DNA from: Limnochordia bacterium
GTDB taxonomy: Bacteria > Bacillota > Limnochordia > DTU080
DNA length: 64,000 nucleotides
NCBI GenBank assembly: GCA_050951545.1
Contig: JBMNJG010000004.1
Span: forward strand, 160,001-224,000
Reading direction: 5' to 3'
Shown: piece by piece, positions 50,128 through 58,246 of the stretch
How the letters are laid out: each line of letters starts with the position of its first letter
How positions within the stretch are numbered: the first letter of the stretch is position 1
The notes under the pieces: model-generated
What the model saw: only the letters and a program-made list of their open reading frames with translations
What the model was told of the DNA's origin: nothing
Database searches by the model: none
Made by a program: the position numbers and the translations under genes

Positions 50128-50598
50128 TCACTCAGAAAGCTGGCGCATGAGATTGCTCATCTCGATGGCCGAGAGAGCTGCGTCCCAGCCCTTGTTTCCC
50201 GCTTTGGTTCCTGCTCGTTCTATCGCCTGTTCAATGGTATCTGCAGTGATCACACCAAAAACTGTTGGCACCCCCGTGTCCAGACCCACTTTGGCCACAC
50301 CCTTGCTGGCTTCGGCTGCTACATAATCAAAGTGCGGCGTCGCGCCTCGGATAATCGCTCCCAGGCAAATCACGGCGTCATAGCGTCCCGAGGAGGCCAT
50401 CTTGACAGCGGCAAGAGGGATCTCAAACGAGCCGGGTACCCATGCGACATCGATGAGCTCTTCGGTCGCGCCGTGTCGCAGCAGAGCATCCATGGCTCCA
50501 CCGAGCAGGCGATTGGTTATGAAATCATTGAAACGAGCCACGACCACCCCGAAGCGCAGTCCCTCAGCGACTAGATGACCTTCATAATGTTTTCCCAC
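50128..50598 (-). CDS. ribH: 6,7-dimethyl-8-ribityllumazine synthase
   Basis: [38 protein letters not shown]. Confidence 0.97.
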   Translation of the reverse strand: MGKHYEGHLVAEGLRFGVVVARFNDFITNRLLGGAMDALLRHGATEELIDVAWVPGSFEIPLAAVKMASSGRYDAVICLGAIIRGATPHFDYVAAEASKGVAKVGLDTGVPTVFGVITADTIEQAIERAGTKAGNKGWDAALSAIEMSNLMRQLSE

Positions 50599-50650
50599 AT
50601 CGTTACCTCCTGTGAAAATCAAGTGACGTTGTGCCGGAGTGTGCCATCGT

Positions 50651-51919
50651 CTATGAGCGCCCTCCCCTAACTGATTGCATTGTAGTGATGAAGTGGCCCA
50701 TCTTGCAGCGCTTGGTCTCGAGATAGCGCGCGTTGTTCGGATTAGCGGCTACCTCGAGCGGGATGCGGCCCGTCACTTGCAGCCCATACCCCTCCAGACA
50801 GGCGATCTTTCGCGGGTTGTTGGTCAGTAACCGAATGGTACTCAAACCCAGGTCAGAGAGGATTTGAGCTCCTGCACCATAGTGTCGCAGGTCGGCCGGA
50901 AAGCCCAAAGCCTCGTTGGCCTCAACAGTATCTTTACCGTCGTCTTGAAGCGCATAGGCGCGTAACTTGTTGAGTAAGCCTATGCCTCGGCCCTCATGCT
51001 CAGGGAAGTAGACCAGAACACCCATCTTCTCACGAGCGATGCGCTGCAAAGCGGCAACAAGCTGTTCGCCGCAATCACAACGCAAGCTGCCGAAGGTATC
51101 ACCTGTTAGGCAGCCTGAATGCATGCGGACGAGAACGTCCTCCTGATTGGCTACGTCACCGCAAACCAAAGCTACGATGGTCTCTTCGGTGACAGTGTCT
51201 CGGTAACCGACGACACGAAATCCACCATACTTCGTGGGCAGATCGGCCTCCGTCACGCGTTCGATAAGGCGTTCGGTATGTCGCCTGTAGGCAATCAGAT
51301 CACTGACGGTAATCATCAGCAGTCCATGTTTCGCAGCGAATTCCATGAGTTGGGGCGTACGGGCCATGGTACCGTCGTCGTTCATGATCTCGCAGATGAC
51401 ACCAGCGGGGGCTAGCCCAGCCAGTCGAGCCAGATCCACGGCGGCTTCTGTATGTCCGGTTCGACGCAGGACACCACCCTCACGACTGACCAGAGGGAAG
51501 ATATGGCCCGGTCTCCTCAGATCCTGCGGCCGGGTAGCATCAGACACTAGAGCCTGAACGGTTTCTGCTCGCTCAGCTGCGGAGATGCCTGTGGTGACGG
51601 TCTGAGCGTCTACTGATACAGTGAAAGCAGTGCCCATGGGGTCAGTGCTTCGACGCACCATGAGCGGAATGTCGAGCTCAGCGAGACGAGATGCGCTCAT
51701 CGGCACGCACACCAATCCGCGAGCGTGCGTCACCATGAAGTTGATATGCTCAGCAGTCGCTTTTTCAGCTGCCATGACCAGATCACCTTCATTCTCCCGA
51801 TCTGGATCGTCCACAACTACGAGCATGCCCCCCTGGCGAATGACTTCGATCGCCTCGGGTATGGTGGTAAAACTCGTTGTTCCCATCAGAACTGTCTCCT
51901 TCGAGTTGTAATCTTGCAC
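50651..51919 (-). CDS. ribBA: Bifunctional DHBP synthase/GTP cyclohydrolase II
   Basis: [49 protein letters not shown]; start may be 51886. Confidence 0.97.
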   Translation of the reverse strand: MQDYNSKETVLMGTTSFTTIPEAIEVIRQGGMLVVVDDPDRENEGDLVMAAEKATAEHINFMVTHARGLVCVPMSASRLAELDIPLMVRRSTDPMGTAFTVSVDAQTVTTGISAAERAETVQALVSDATRPQDLRRPGHIFPLVSREGGVLRRTGHTEAAVDLARLAGLAPAGVICEIMNDDGTMARTPQLMEFAAKHGLLMITVSDLIAYRRHTERLIERVTEADLPTKYGGFRVVGYRDTVTEETIVALVCGDVANQEDVLVRMHSGCLTGDTFGSLRCDCGEQLVAALQRIAREKMGVLVYFPEHEGRGIGLLNKLRAYALQDDGKDTVEANEALGFPADLRHYGAGAQILSDLGLSTIRLLTNNPRKIACLEGYGLQVTGRIPLEVAANPNNARYLETKRCKMGHFITTMQSVRGGRS

Positions 51920-51936
51920 TATCGGCAGACCCTCAT

Positions 51937-52620
51937 CTAGGCAAAGCCGTATTCACGTAGGAAGTCTGTGCTCAAGTTGCTTCTGGGTTGACTTTGGTTG
52001 ATGCCGTAAGGATCTGGGCGTTCGGTACTCGCACCTAAAGTGATGAATCGAGCTACGTACTTGCCGATAATATCACCTTCCAGATTGACGGCGTCGCCAA
52101 CACGCCGTTCCTGAAGGGTTGTTGCTCCCAGGGTATGGGGAATAAGGGAGATGGAGAACGCTTCCGACACAAGCCTGGCAACTGTCAGGCTCACTCCGTC
52201 GACAGCGATGGATCCCTTAGGAACGATCAGGGGGAGCAGCTCAACAGGCGGTGTGATCGTCATCAGCAGAGCCTCGCCCTCTTGCGAAAGGTGACTCACG
52301 TGACCAACCCCATCGACGTGCCCCAAGACAAGGTGGCCACCCAATCGATCACCGACGCGCATCGCTCGTTCGAGATTCACGCGGCTACCCACTGAAAGGT
52401 GACCCAAGTTTGTGCGACGCAGGGTTTCAGCGGTGGCTGCTGCGGTAAAGCGCCCATCACTCTTGGTCACCACGGTCAGGCAGGCTCCGTTAACGCTGAG
52501 CGAATCGCCGATGTTGAGGTCGCTGCACACGCGGCTCGAGGAAAGCGTGACATGGACTTCCTGCGAACTGCGACGCAGATCAACGACACGACCGACGTCT
52601 TCAATTAGTCCTGTGAACAC
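51937..52620 (-). CDS. ribE: Riboflavin synthase
   Basis: MFTGLIE start, NGACLTV, VNLERA, GGHLVLGHVD, DGVSLT. Confidence 0.97.
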   Translation of the reverse strand: MFTGLIEDVGRVVDLRRSSQEVHVTLSSSRVCSDLNIGDSLSVNGACLTVVTKSDGRFTAAATAETLRRTNLGHLSVGSRVNLERAMRVGDRLGGHLVLGHVDGVGHVSHLSQEGEALLMTITPPVELLPLIVPKGSIAVDGVSLTVARLVSEAFSISLIPHTLGATTLQERRVGDAVNLEGDIIGKYVARFITLGASTERPDPYGINQSQPRSNLSTDFLREYGFA

Positions 52621-53756
52621 AATGCATCACCTCGTTTCTGTGGCGGCCACAGCAGGGCGCCCTCTACCAAGAAATCAGGCCCCACCTGCTGCCAGTGGGG
52701 ATCATCCAGTCGGGGTGCACAAGAGGGGTCGGCTACCCCCAGCCCACCCAGCACGGTCGAGGCTCCCGCTCCGCCAAAGAGCACTGGCGCCACGAAGACT
52801 AGGCAAGCATCAATCAGCTGAAGGTCAAAGAAAGCACCTGCTAGAGTAGAACCACCTTCTAGTAGGAGGCTCGTGATCTCGAGCTGAGCTAGGTCGCGGA
52901 GCAAAGCTGCAACATCCACGCGGCCTTCGCGCGCGGGCGCTACCCAGACATCGACGCCTCTCTGGCGAAGCTGTTCTGCTTTCGCGGGCGGTGCGTCTTC
53001 TGTGGTGGCGACGATGGTTCGCCCGGGGGTGTGAGGGCTGATGCAGCGGGCATGGAAGGGGATGCGTAGCCTACTATCTGCGATGATGCGCAAGGGCTGA
53101 CGGACATGTGTAGGCTCCTGCCCCTCTGGACGTGCTGTGAGAAGCGGGTCGTCAGCCAAGATAGTCCCCACACCTATCATGATGGCATCTAGTTGCTGGC
53201 GGAGCTCATGAACTAAGGCCCGCGCCTGTCGGCATGTGATCCATTTAGAGGCACCCGTACGTGTGGCTGTCTTTCCATCTAAGGTTGAGGCTACCTTCCA
53301 TAGTACGTGTGGCCGCATCTTAGTGACATAAGTGATAAACGGAGCGTTAAGCTTACGCGCCTCTTCCTCCAAGAGACCCAGCTCAACATCAACCCCTGCT
53401 TGACGCAGCCGGGCCAACCCCTTGCCTGCGGTCAAGGGGTTGGGATCAACCATGGCCGCCACGACGCGACCAATGCCAGCAGCGACAAGCGCCTCGCTAC
53501 ACGGAGGTGTGCGGCCATAGTGCGCACATGGCTCAAGTGTCACATACATGTCAGCACCGCGAGCAGCTGCGCCTGCTTGCTGAAGGGCAACGACCTCTGC
53601 ATGAGGGCTTCCAGCCCTCATATGGTAACCACTACCAAGAAGCTGGCCGTCCTTGACAATGACGGCACCCACCAAGGGGTTTGGTGATGTGCACCCCCTT
53701 GCCTTAGCTGCCAGATCGAGGGCTATGCGCATCCAGTGTTCGTCTACCTGGTTCAT
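52605..53756 (-). CDS. ribD: Bifunctional diaminohydroxyphosphoribosylaminopyrimidine deaminase/reductase
   Basis: PNPLVGAV, HAE, TLEPCAHYGRTPPC, LDGK, DDPLLT, EGG; ATG at 53756. Confidence 0.97.
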   Translation of the reverse strand: MNQVDEHWMRIALDLAAKARGCTSPNPLVGAVIVKDGQLLGSGYHMRAGSPHAEVVALQQAGAAARGADMYVTLEPCAHYGRTPPCSEALVAAGIGRVVAAMVDPNPLTAGKGLARLRQAGVDVELGLLEEEARKLNAPFITYVTKMRPHVLWKVASTLDGKTATRTGASKWITCRQARALVHELRQQLDAIMIGVGTILADDPLLTARPEGQEPTHVRQPLRIIADSRLRIPFHARCISPHTPGRTIVATTEDAPPAKAEQLRQRGVDVWVAPAREGRVDVAALLRDLAQLEITSLLLEGGSTLAGAFFDLQLIDACLVFVAPVLFGGAGASTVLGGLGVADPSCAPRLDDPHWQQVGPDFLVEGALLWPPQKRGDALCSQD

Positions 53757-53795
53757 AGGAATTCCTCCGAACACCTCTTGCTTTGTACAGAAGAC

Positions 53796-53829
53796 AACAA
53801 ACCCCGGGCGCCATAGCTCCGGGGTTTTG
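53796..53829 (-). terminator. FMN riboswitch terminator
   Basis: Minus-strand AAACCCCGG...CCGGGGTTT stem with a T-rich tail. Confidence 0.7.
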
Positions 53830-53864
53830 TGCAAGTGAACCACATGAGAGTCGTGGTCAATGCA

Positions 53865-54020
53865 GCGCCTCCTACCATCCGGACTGTACCGTCGGCTCCG
53901 GAATCTCACCGGATCATACTCTAGACTATATGAGTCTACAGCTCGTGGGCTTCGGGAACACTCCCGTTACCACCGGTGGGGAATTGCTCACGTTTGAGCT
54001 CACCCCGCCCCGAAGGTGCC
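53865..54020 (-). ncRNA. FMN (RFN) riboswitch
   Basis: Minus strand CTTCGGGGCGGGGTGA...AATTCCCCACCGGTGGT...AGCCCACGAGC...GATCCGGTGAGATTCCGGAGCCGACGGTACAGTCCGGATGGTAGGAG upstream of ribD. Confidence 0.95.
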
Positions 54021-54242
54021 TCTTCTATCAGTTTACAGGATAGCATGTGTGCATCACTACTTCAAGAGCGCGAACGCACTCTGTCATCGGACTGCGACAA
54101 TGTCACCCCGTAAGCGGACTGAGGGAAAACACCTGTTCGCCGCGGTTTTTCGTGTACATCTCCGGCGACAGGGTAGCTATCCTAGTGTGAGTATCTGTGC
54201 TATGCTCATGCAAAGAGCGTGATCCGTAGGGGAGGTTACCAG

Positions 54243-55007
54243 ATGGGAGTACCCGGTGTTTTGCTCATGATAGATCCGGTTTTGTTTCAGTTGGGCCCTT
54301 TCGCTGTGCGCTGGTATGGTCTATGCATGGCCCTCTCAGTAGGCGTTGGGTTCTACTACTTGCTGAATGGGGGGCGGCGCCTGGGCTGCGATGATGACTT
54401 TCTCTACAACCTGGCTTTCTTTGTAGTTCTGAGTGGTATCGTCGGGGCCCGTGCGGTATACGTGGCCACCAATTGGAGCATATATGCCCAAGAACCTTGG
54501 GCTATCTGGCGTATTGATCTTGGCGGCCTCTCTTTCCACGGTGCAGTAATCGGTGGGATACTGGGGGCATGGCCTTATCTGCGACGCCATGGCGCGTCAT
54601 TCTCGGCCCTGGCTGATCATGCCGTGCCTGGCTTGGCGTTCGGCATTGCTATCGTTCGGTGGGCGAACCTGATCAACCAAGAGGCGATGGGGCGGGTCAC
54701 CGCCCAGGGTTTTGTGCATCCGACCCAGATCTATGGATCTGCAATAGGTGTCGTGCTGCTGGCAATCAACGCCTATCTCTCCAGGCGCCAGCCGCCACCC
54801 GGCTACCTGTTCTGGTCGTTCGTGCTGTATTACAGCATTCTCCGTGGGTTCGTAGAGGAGACTTTCCGCGCCAACCCGCTGTATGCAGGCGGGTGGGTCA
54901 TCCCCCGCATAGGGGCTGGGTTCTTCACCCTGACTCAACTGTTGACTCCGGTTTTCATCGGCCTGGCGTGGTGGATGCGGAAGCGTACACTTGAGCGTAG
55001 GCAATGA
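54243..55007 (+). CDS. lgt: Prolipoprotein diacylglyceryl transferase
   Basis: IDPVLFQLGP..VRWYG, GAR, GGLSFHGA, RWANLINQE, HPTQIY. Confidence 0.9.
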   Translation: MGVPGVLLMIDPVLFQLGPFAVRWYGLCMALSVGVGFYYLLNGGRRLGCDDDFLYNLAFFVVLSGIVGARAVYVATNWSIYAQEPWAIWRIDLGGLSFHGAVIGGILGAWPYLRRHGASFSALADHAVPGLAFGIAIVRWANLINQEAMGRVTAQGFVHPTQIYGSAIGVVLLAINAYLSRRQPPPGYLFWSFVLYYSILRGFVEETFRANPLYAGGWVIPRIGAGFFTLTQLLTPVFIGLAWWMRKRTLERRQ

Positions 55008-55480
55008 GTGCAGGGCGGTGTCAGTCTATATCTGTGAGAAGAGAAAGTAGAGCATGTGAATGGTCCGTGGCTACTTTTGTCGTACATCAGGGACGCGTTC
55101 TCTTGCTATATCACTGCAAACTAGAAAAGTGGTTGCCGCCAGGCGGACACATAGAGCCAGATGAACTGCCCGATGATGCGGCCATACGAGAGGTGTGGGA
55201 AGAGACACAGGTGCGCGTGGAGTTGGTAGGGGAGCGAGCGTTGCCAGTTTCTGATCCGCGTCAGCTGGTACGCCCTCGAGGAATTCAGCTGGAAACTATC
55301 GACTCAGTTCACCAGCATATCGACCTTGTCTATTTAGCCCGAGTGTTGGGCGATCCCACCCCGATAGGGAACGCGGAGTCCAGCATTGTCGGTTGGTACG
55401 GAAGAAACGACTGGCCTGAGTTGGGGCTCACAGACGAGATCAGGCAGTGGGTAGAGCTAGCAGTGGCCGAAGTACAATAA
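55004..55480 (+). CDS. NUDIX hydrolase
   Basis: WLPPGGHIEPDE....AAIREVWEET Nudix box, HQHIDL. Confidence 0.9.
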   Translation: MSAGRCQSISVRRESRACEWSVATFVVHQGRVLLLYHCKLEKWLPPGGHIEPDELPDDAAIREVWEETQVRVELVGERALPVSDPRQLVRPRGIQLETIDSVHQHIDLVYLARVLGDPTPIGNAESSIVGWYGRNDWPELGLTDEIRQWVELAVAEVQ

Positions 55481-55518
55481 GGCGGGCTTCGCCTACCGAG
55501 CCACAGCGAAGCCCGCCT
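55480..55518. terminator. Bidirectional terminator hairpin
   Basis: AGGCGGGCTTCGC-N13-GCGAAGCCCGCCT between convergent genes. Confidence 0.75.
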
Positions 55519-55537
55519 GTTATGTTATGGAGGCTAT

Positions 55538-56650
55538 CTACCCAAGAACGGCCAGAAACACACCAGCGGCAATCGCAGAGCCGATAACGCCAGAGACGTT
55601 GGGCCCCATAGCATGCATCAGCAAGAAGTTCTCCGGGTTTTCCTCCTGACCCACTTTCTGCACGACTCGCGCTGCCATAGGGACCGCGGAGACTCCCGCC
55701 GCACCGATAAGTGGGTTGATGCGGCCTCGCGACATGGCACACATCAAGCGTCCAAAAAGCAGACCGCCCGCGGTTCCGCCAGCAAAGGCAATTAGCCCCA
55801 GGGCGATGATGCCCAGTGTGTAGGGAGTCAGGAATGTCACTCCGCGGGCTGTGGCTCCCACCGAGACGCCAAGGAAAATGGTCACAATGTTGATCAGTTC
55901 GTTCTGAGCTGTCTGAGACAGACGCTCTACGATTTTGCTCTCTCGCAGAAGGTTACCGAGCATGAGCGAGCCGAGAAGTGTGCTGGCAGAAGGCACCAAG
56001 AGGCTTCCGACGACTGTGACCATGATGGGGAAGATGATGCGTTCTGTGCGTGACACGGGACGCAGCTGATCCATGGTGATCTGGCGCTCTCGGGTCGGCA
56101 CGATGGCCCGCATGATGGGCGGCTGTATAATGGGGACCAAGGCCATGTAGGAATAGGCGGCAATGGCTATGGGAGCCAGTAGTTCCGGGGCCAGGCGACT
56201 CGTCAGGAAAATCGCAGTGGGCCCATCGGCGCCACCGATGATGCCAATGGATGCTGCCTGCGGCAACGTATAACCCAGAGCAGAGGCCCCCAAGAAGGCC
56301 ACGAAGATGCCAAGCTGAGCCGCTGCGCCCAGAAGTAGGGTGTTTGGATTGGCAATCAGAGGACCGAAATCGGTCATGGCCCCTACACCGACGAAAATCA
56401 GCGGAGGATAGATACCGAGCTTCACACCTTGGTAGAGCTGGTAGATGAAGCCTCCGGGTTCCATGACCTCGGCAAGAGGCAGGTTGGCCAACAACATACC
56501 AAAGGCGATGGGGATGAGTAGCAGCGGTTCGTAACCTTTTTTGATGGCTAAGTGAAGTAGGATGAAACTGACCAAGAGCATAATCGCATCTTGGTATGTC
56601 ATGTGAAGTAGACCCACTGTGCTAAGGAATTCGAGTGCTTGCTCGAGCAT
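55538..56650 (-). CDS. Na+-translocating decarboxylase beta subunit (OadB/GcdB/MmdB family)
   Basis: [57 protein letters not shown]. Confidence 0.95.
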   Translation of the reverse strand: MLEQALEFLSTVGLLHMTYQDAIMLLVSFILLHLAIKKGYEPLLLIPIAFGMLLANLPLAEVMEPGGFIYQLYQGVKLGIYPPLIFVGVGAMTDFGPLIANPNTLLLGAAAQLGIFVAFLGASALGYTLPQAASIGIIGGADGPTAIFLTSRLAPELLAPIAIAAYSYMALVPIIQPPIMRAIVPTRERQITMDQLRPVSRTERIIFPIMVTVVGSLLVPSASTLLGSLMLGNLLRESKIVERLSQTAQNELINIVTIFLGVSVGATARGVTFLTPYTLGIIALGLIAFAGGTAGGLLFGRLMCAMSRGRINPLIGAAGVSAVPMAARVVQKVGQEENPENFLLMHAMGPNVSGVIGSAIAAGVFLAVLG

Positions 56651-56747
56651 ATACGCCCTCCCAGCCAATGCCTTCTCTCGATAACGTACCCATCATGACC
56701 ATATACCTTGTGGTCCGTGAGCGCCAGGGACCAATGTCCTGCGTTCC

Positions 56748-56854
56748 GTCAGCGCCCTGGGGAGGGTAAAAAAACCTGAGTCCGTCTTTTCCATATCAGA
56801 GGAAAGCTCTGACCGCAGTCGAAAGACACTGTTGGTAATACCAGCGGCGCTGCC
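56748..56854 (+). ncRNA. Candidate structured leader RNA with partial TPP-riboswitch-like motifs
   Basis: Closing stem CAGCGCC/GGCGCTG enclosing GGGGAG, CTGAG and hairpins TCAGAG-GAAAG-CTCTGA, GTC-GAAA-GAC, GTTGG-TAATA-CCAGC; ends about 35 nt before the SBP start. Confidence 0.4.
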
Positions 56855-56888
56855 GTTCCAGGACGAGTTGGGGATGGAGGGGTTTCGG

Positions 56889-58142
56889 ATGAGACGCATC
56901 ATGGCTATCTGGGTTCTGTTTTCCTTGTGCTTCGTAGCGCCTGTCAGTCAAGCGAACACCACCATTCAGTACATGTTTGGTGGACCGACAAAAGAGGCAG
57001 AGATTCAGGCAGAAATGGCCCGTGCGTTTGAACTGGCGAATCCGGAAATCAAAGTCGAGCTTCTGCATACTGCGGGTGACTACGTCGTCAAGTTCCAGAC
57101 CATGGTAGCAGGGGGCACCCCGCCGGATGTCCTCAACGTGAACAGCCCGAGCCTAAACGAGTTCATTGCCTCAGGTGTGGCGCAAGACATCACGGCCTAT
57201 GTGAGGCGAGATCCCTCGGTAAACGTGACCGATTTCTTCCCTTCGACGATGAAGGCTGTGCAGCACAAGGAGCATTACTATGCCCTACCGCTGTTCACAT
57301 CCCCTGTGGCCATCTTCCTAAACGATGACCACCTGGACGCTTCTGGGGTTGTCTATCATCCCAACCTTTCGTTTGCAGACTTTGCGACACTGGCACAGAA
57401 GCTGACACGCGATCTTTCCGGTGACAACGAAGTGGACCGTTGGGGACTGGAGCGCATCACCTACTGGGGACGCGCCTTGAAGTGGGCATGGTCGCATGGG
57501 GGCGATTTCTGGGGGATTGATGACAACTTCAATGTCGTGCCCACGTTCGATCACCCCGGGAATATCGCGGCACTAGAGTTCTGGCAGGATCTGGCCTATC
57601 ATCGTCCCGTAATGGGGGGCAACTGGTGGTCTGGTACGGCTACTATGCTCGACGCTCCGTGGTCTGGCTCTTTGTGGGGGATGTTGCGAGCTGCAGAGGA
57701 GAGTTCTGGACTGCGCTGGTCTGTGGCGCATCAACCCACAGGTCCGGCGGGGAAAGCTAGCACTTTCGTCTTCCAGCTGATGATGATACCTGCTAGTTCC
57801 TCGAAGCACGAGGCAGCCTATAGTTTCGCGAGCTGGATGGCTAGCAGGGCTGGCCAGCGCTTGATGCAGGTCGATCTGCGCTACGGCGGGGTACCCACAC
57901 GGCGTTCGGTACTCACCGATCCTGGTTATCTGGCTATCGATCCACGCATCAAGGCCTTTGTGGAGGTTGCATCGTACATGCGTCCGCTCATCTATCCTCT
58001 TCAAAGCAGCGCCGTCAGCAGTGCGGTCAGTGCTCGCGTCGAGCCGCTGCTAAGAGGAGAGCTGTCACCGAAGGTCATGGCCATACAGGTGCAGGAGATC
58101 TTGCAGGCGATCGCGAAGGCGGCCCGTGAGTCGAGGAAGTAA
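56889..58142 (+). CDS. Sugar ABC transporter substrate-binding protein (family 1)
   Basis: Signal peptide, FELANPEIKVE, AGGTPPDV, YALP, AQKLTRD.SGD..VDRWG. Confidence 0.88.
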   Translation: MRRIMAIWVLFSLCFVAPVSQANTTIQYMFGGPTKEAEIQAEMARAFELANPEIKVELLHTAGDYVVKFQTMVAGGTPPDVLNVNSPSLNEFIASGVAQDITAYVRRDPSVNVTDFFPSTMKAVQHKEHYYALPLFTSPVAIFLNDDHLDASGVVYHPNLSFADFATLAQKLTRDLSGDNEVDRWGLERITYWGRALKWAWSHGGDFWGIDDNFNVVPTFDHPGNIAALEFWQDLAYHRPVMGGNWWSGTATMLDAPWSGSLWGMLRAAEESSGLRWSVAHQPTGPAGKASTFVFQLMMIPASSSKHEAAYSFASWMASRAGQRLMQVDLRYGGVPTRRSVLTDPGYLAIDPRIKAFVEVASYMRPLIYPLQSSAVSSAVSARVEPLLRGELSPKVMAIQVQEILQAIAKAARESRK

Positions 58143-58172
58143 AGGCGGCTGTAGCAGTACAGTGAACAGAGG

Positions 58173-58201
58173 CGCCCGCCCCCCCAAGGGCCGGGCGTTT
58201 T
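58173..58201 (+). terminator. Possible intrinsic terminator after the SBP gene
   Basis: CGCCCG...CGGGCG stem followed by TTTT. Confidence 0.4.
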
Positions 58202-58246
58202 CGCCGAGCGCAGCAGAAATGACACCACTTTGGGGGGCCTGCAACG

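Noticed and set aside
53757-53909. N-terminal extension of ribD in the ORF track
   Set aside because: Runs through the FMN riboswitch and terminator; the true start is 53756
56719-56900. glmS ribozyme-like words (AGCGCCAG...GACGAG)
   Set aside because: The GACGAGG-P3-ATCGA...GGCGGATG core is missing and no glmS gene follows
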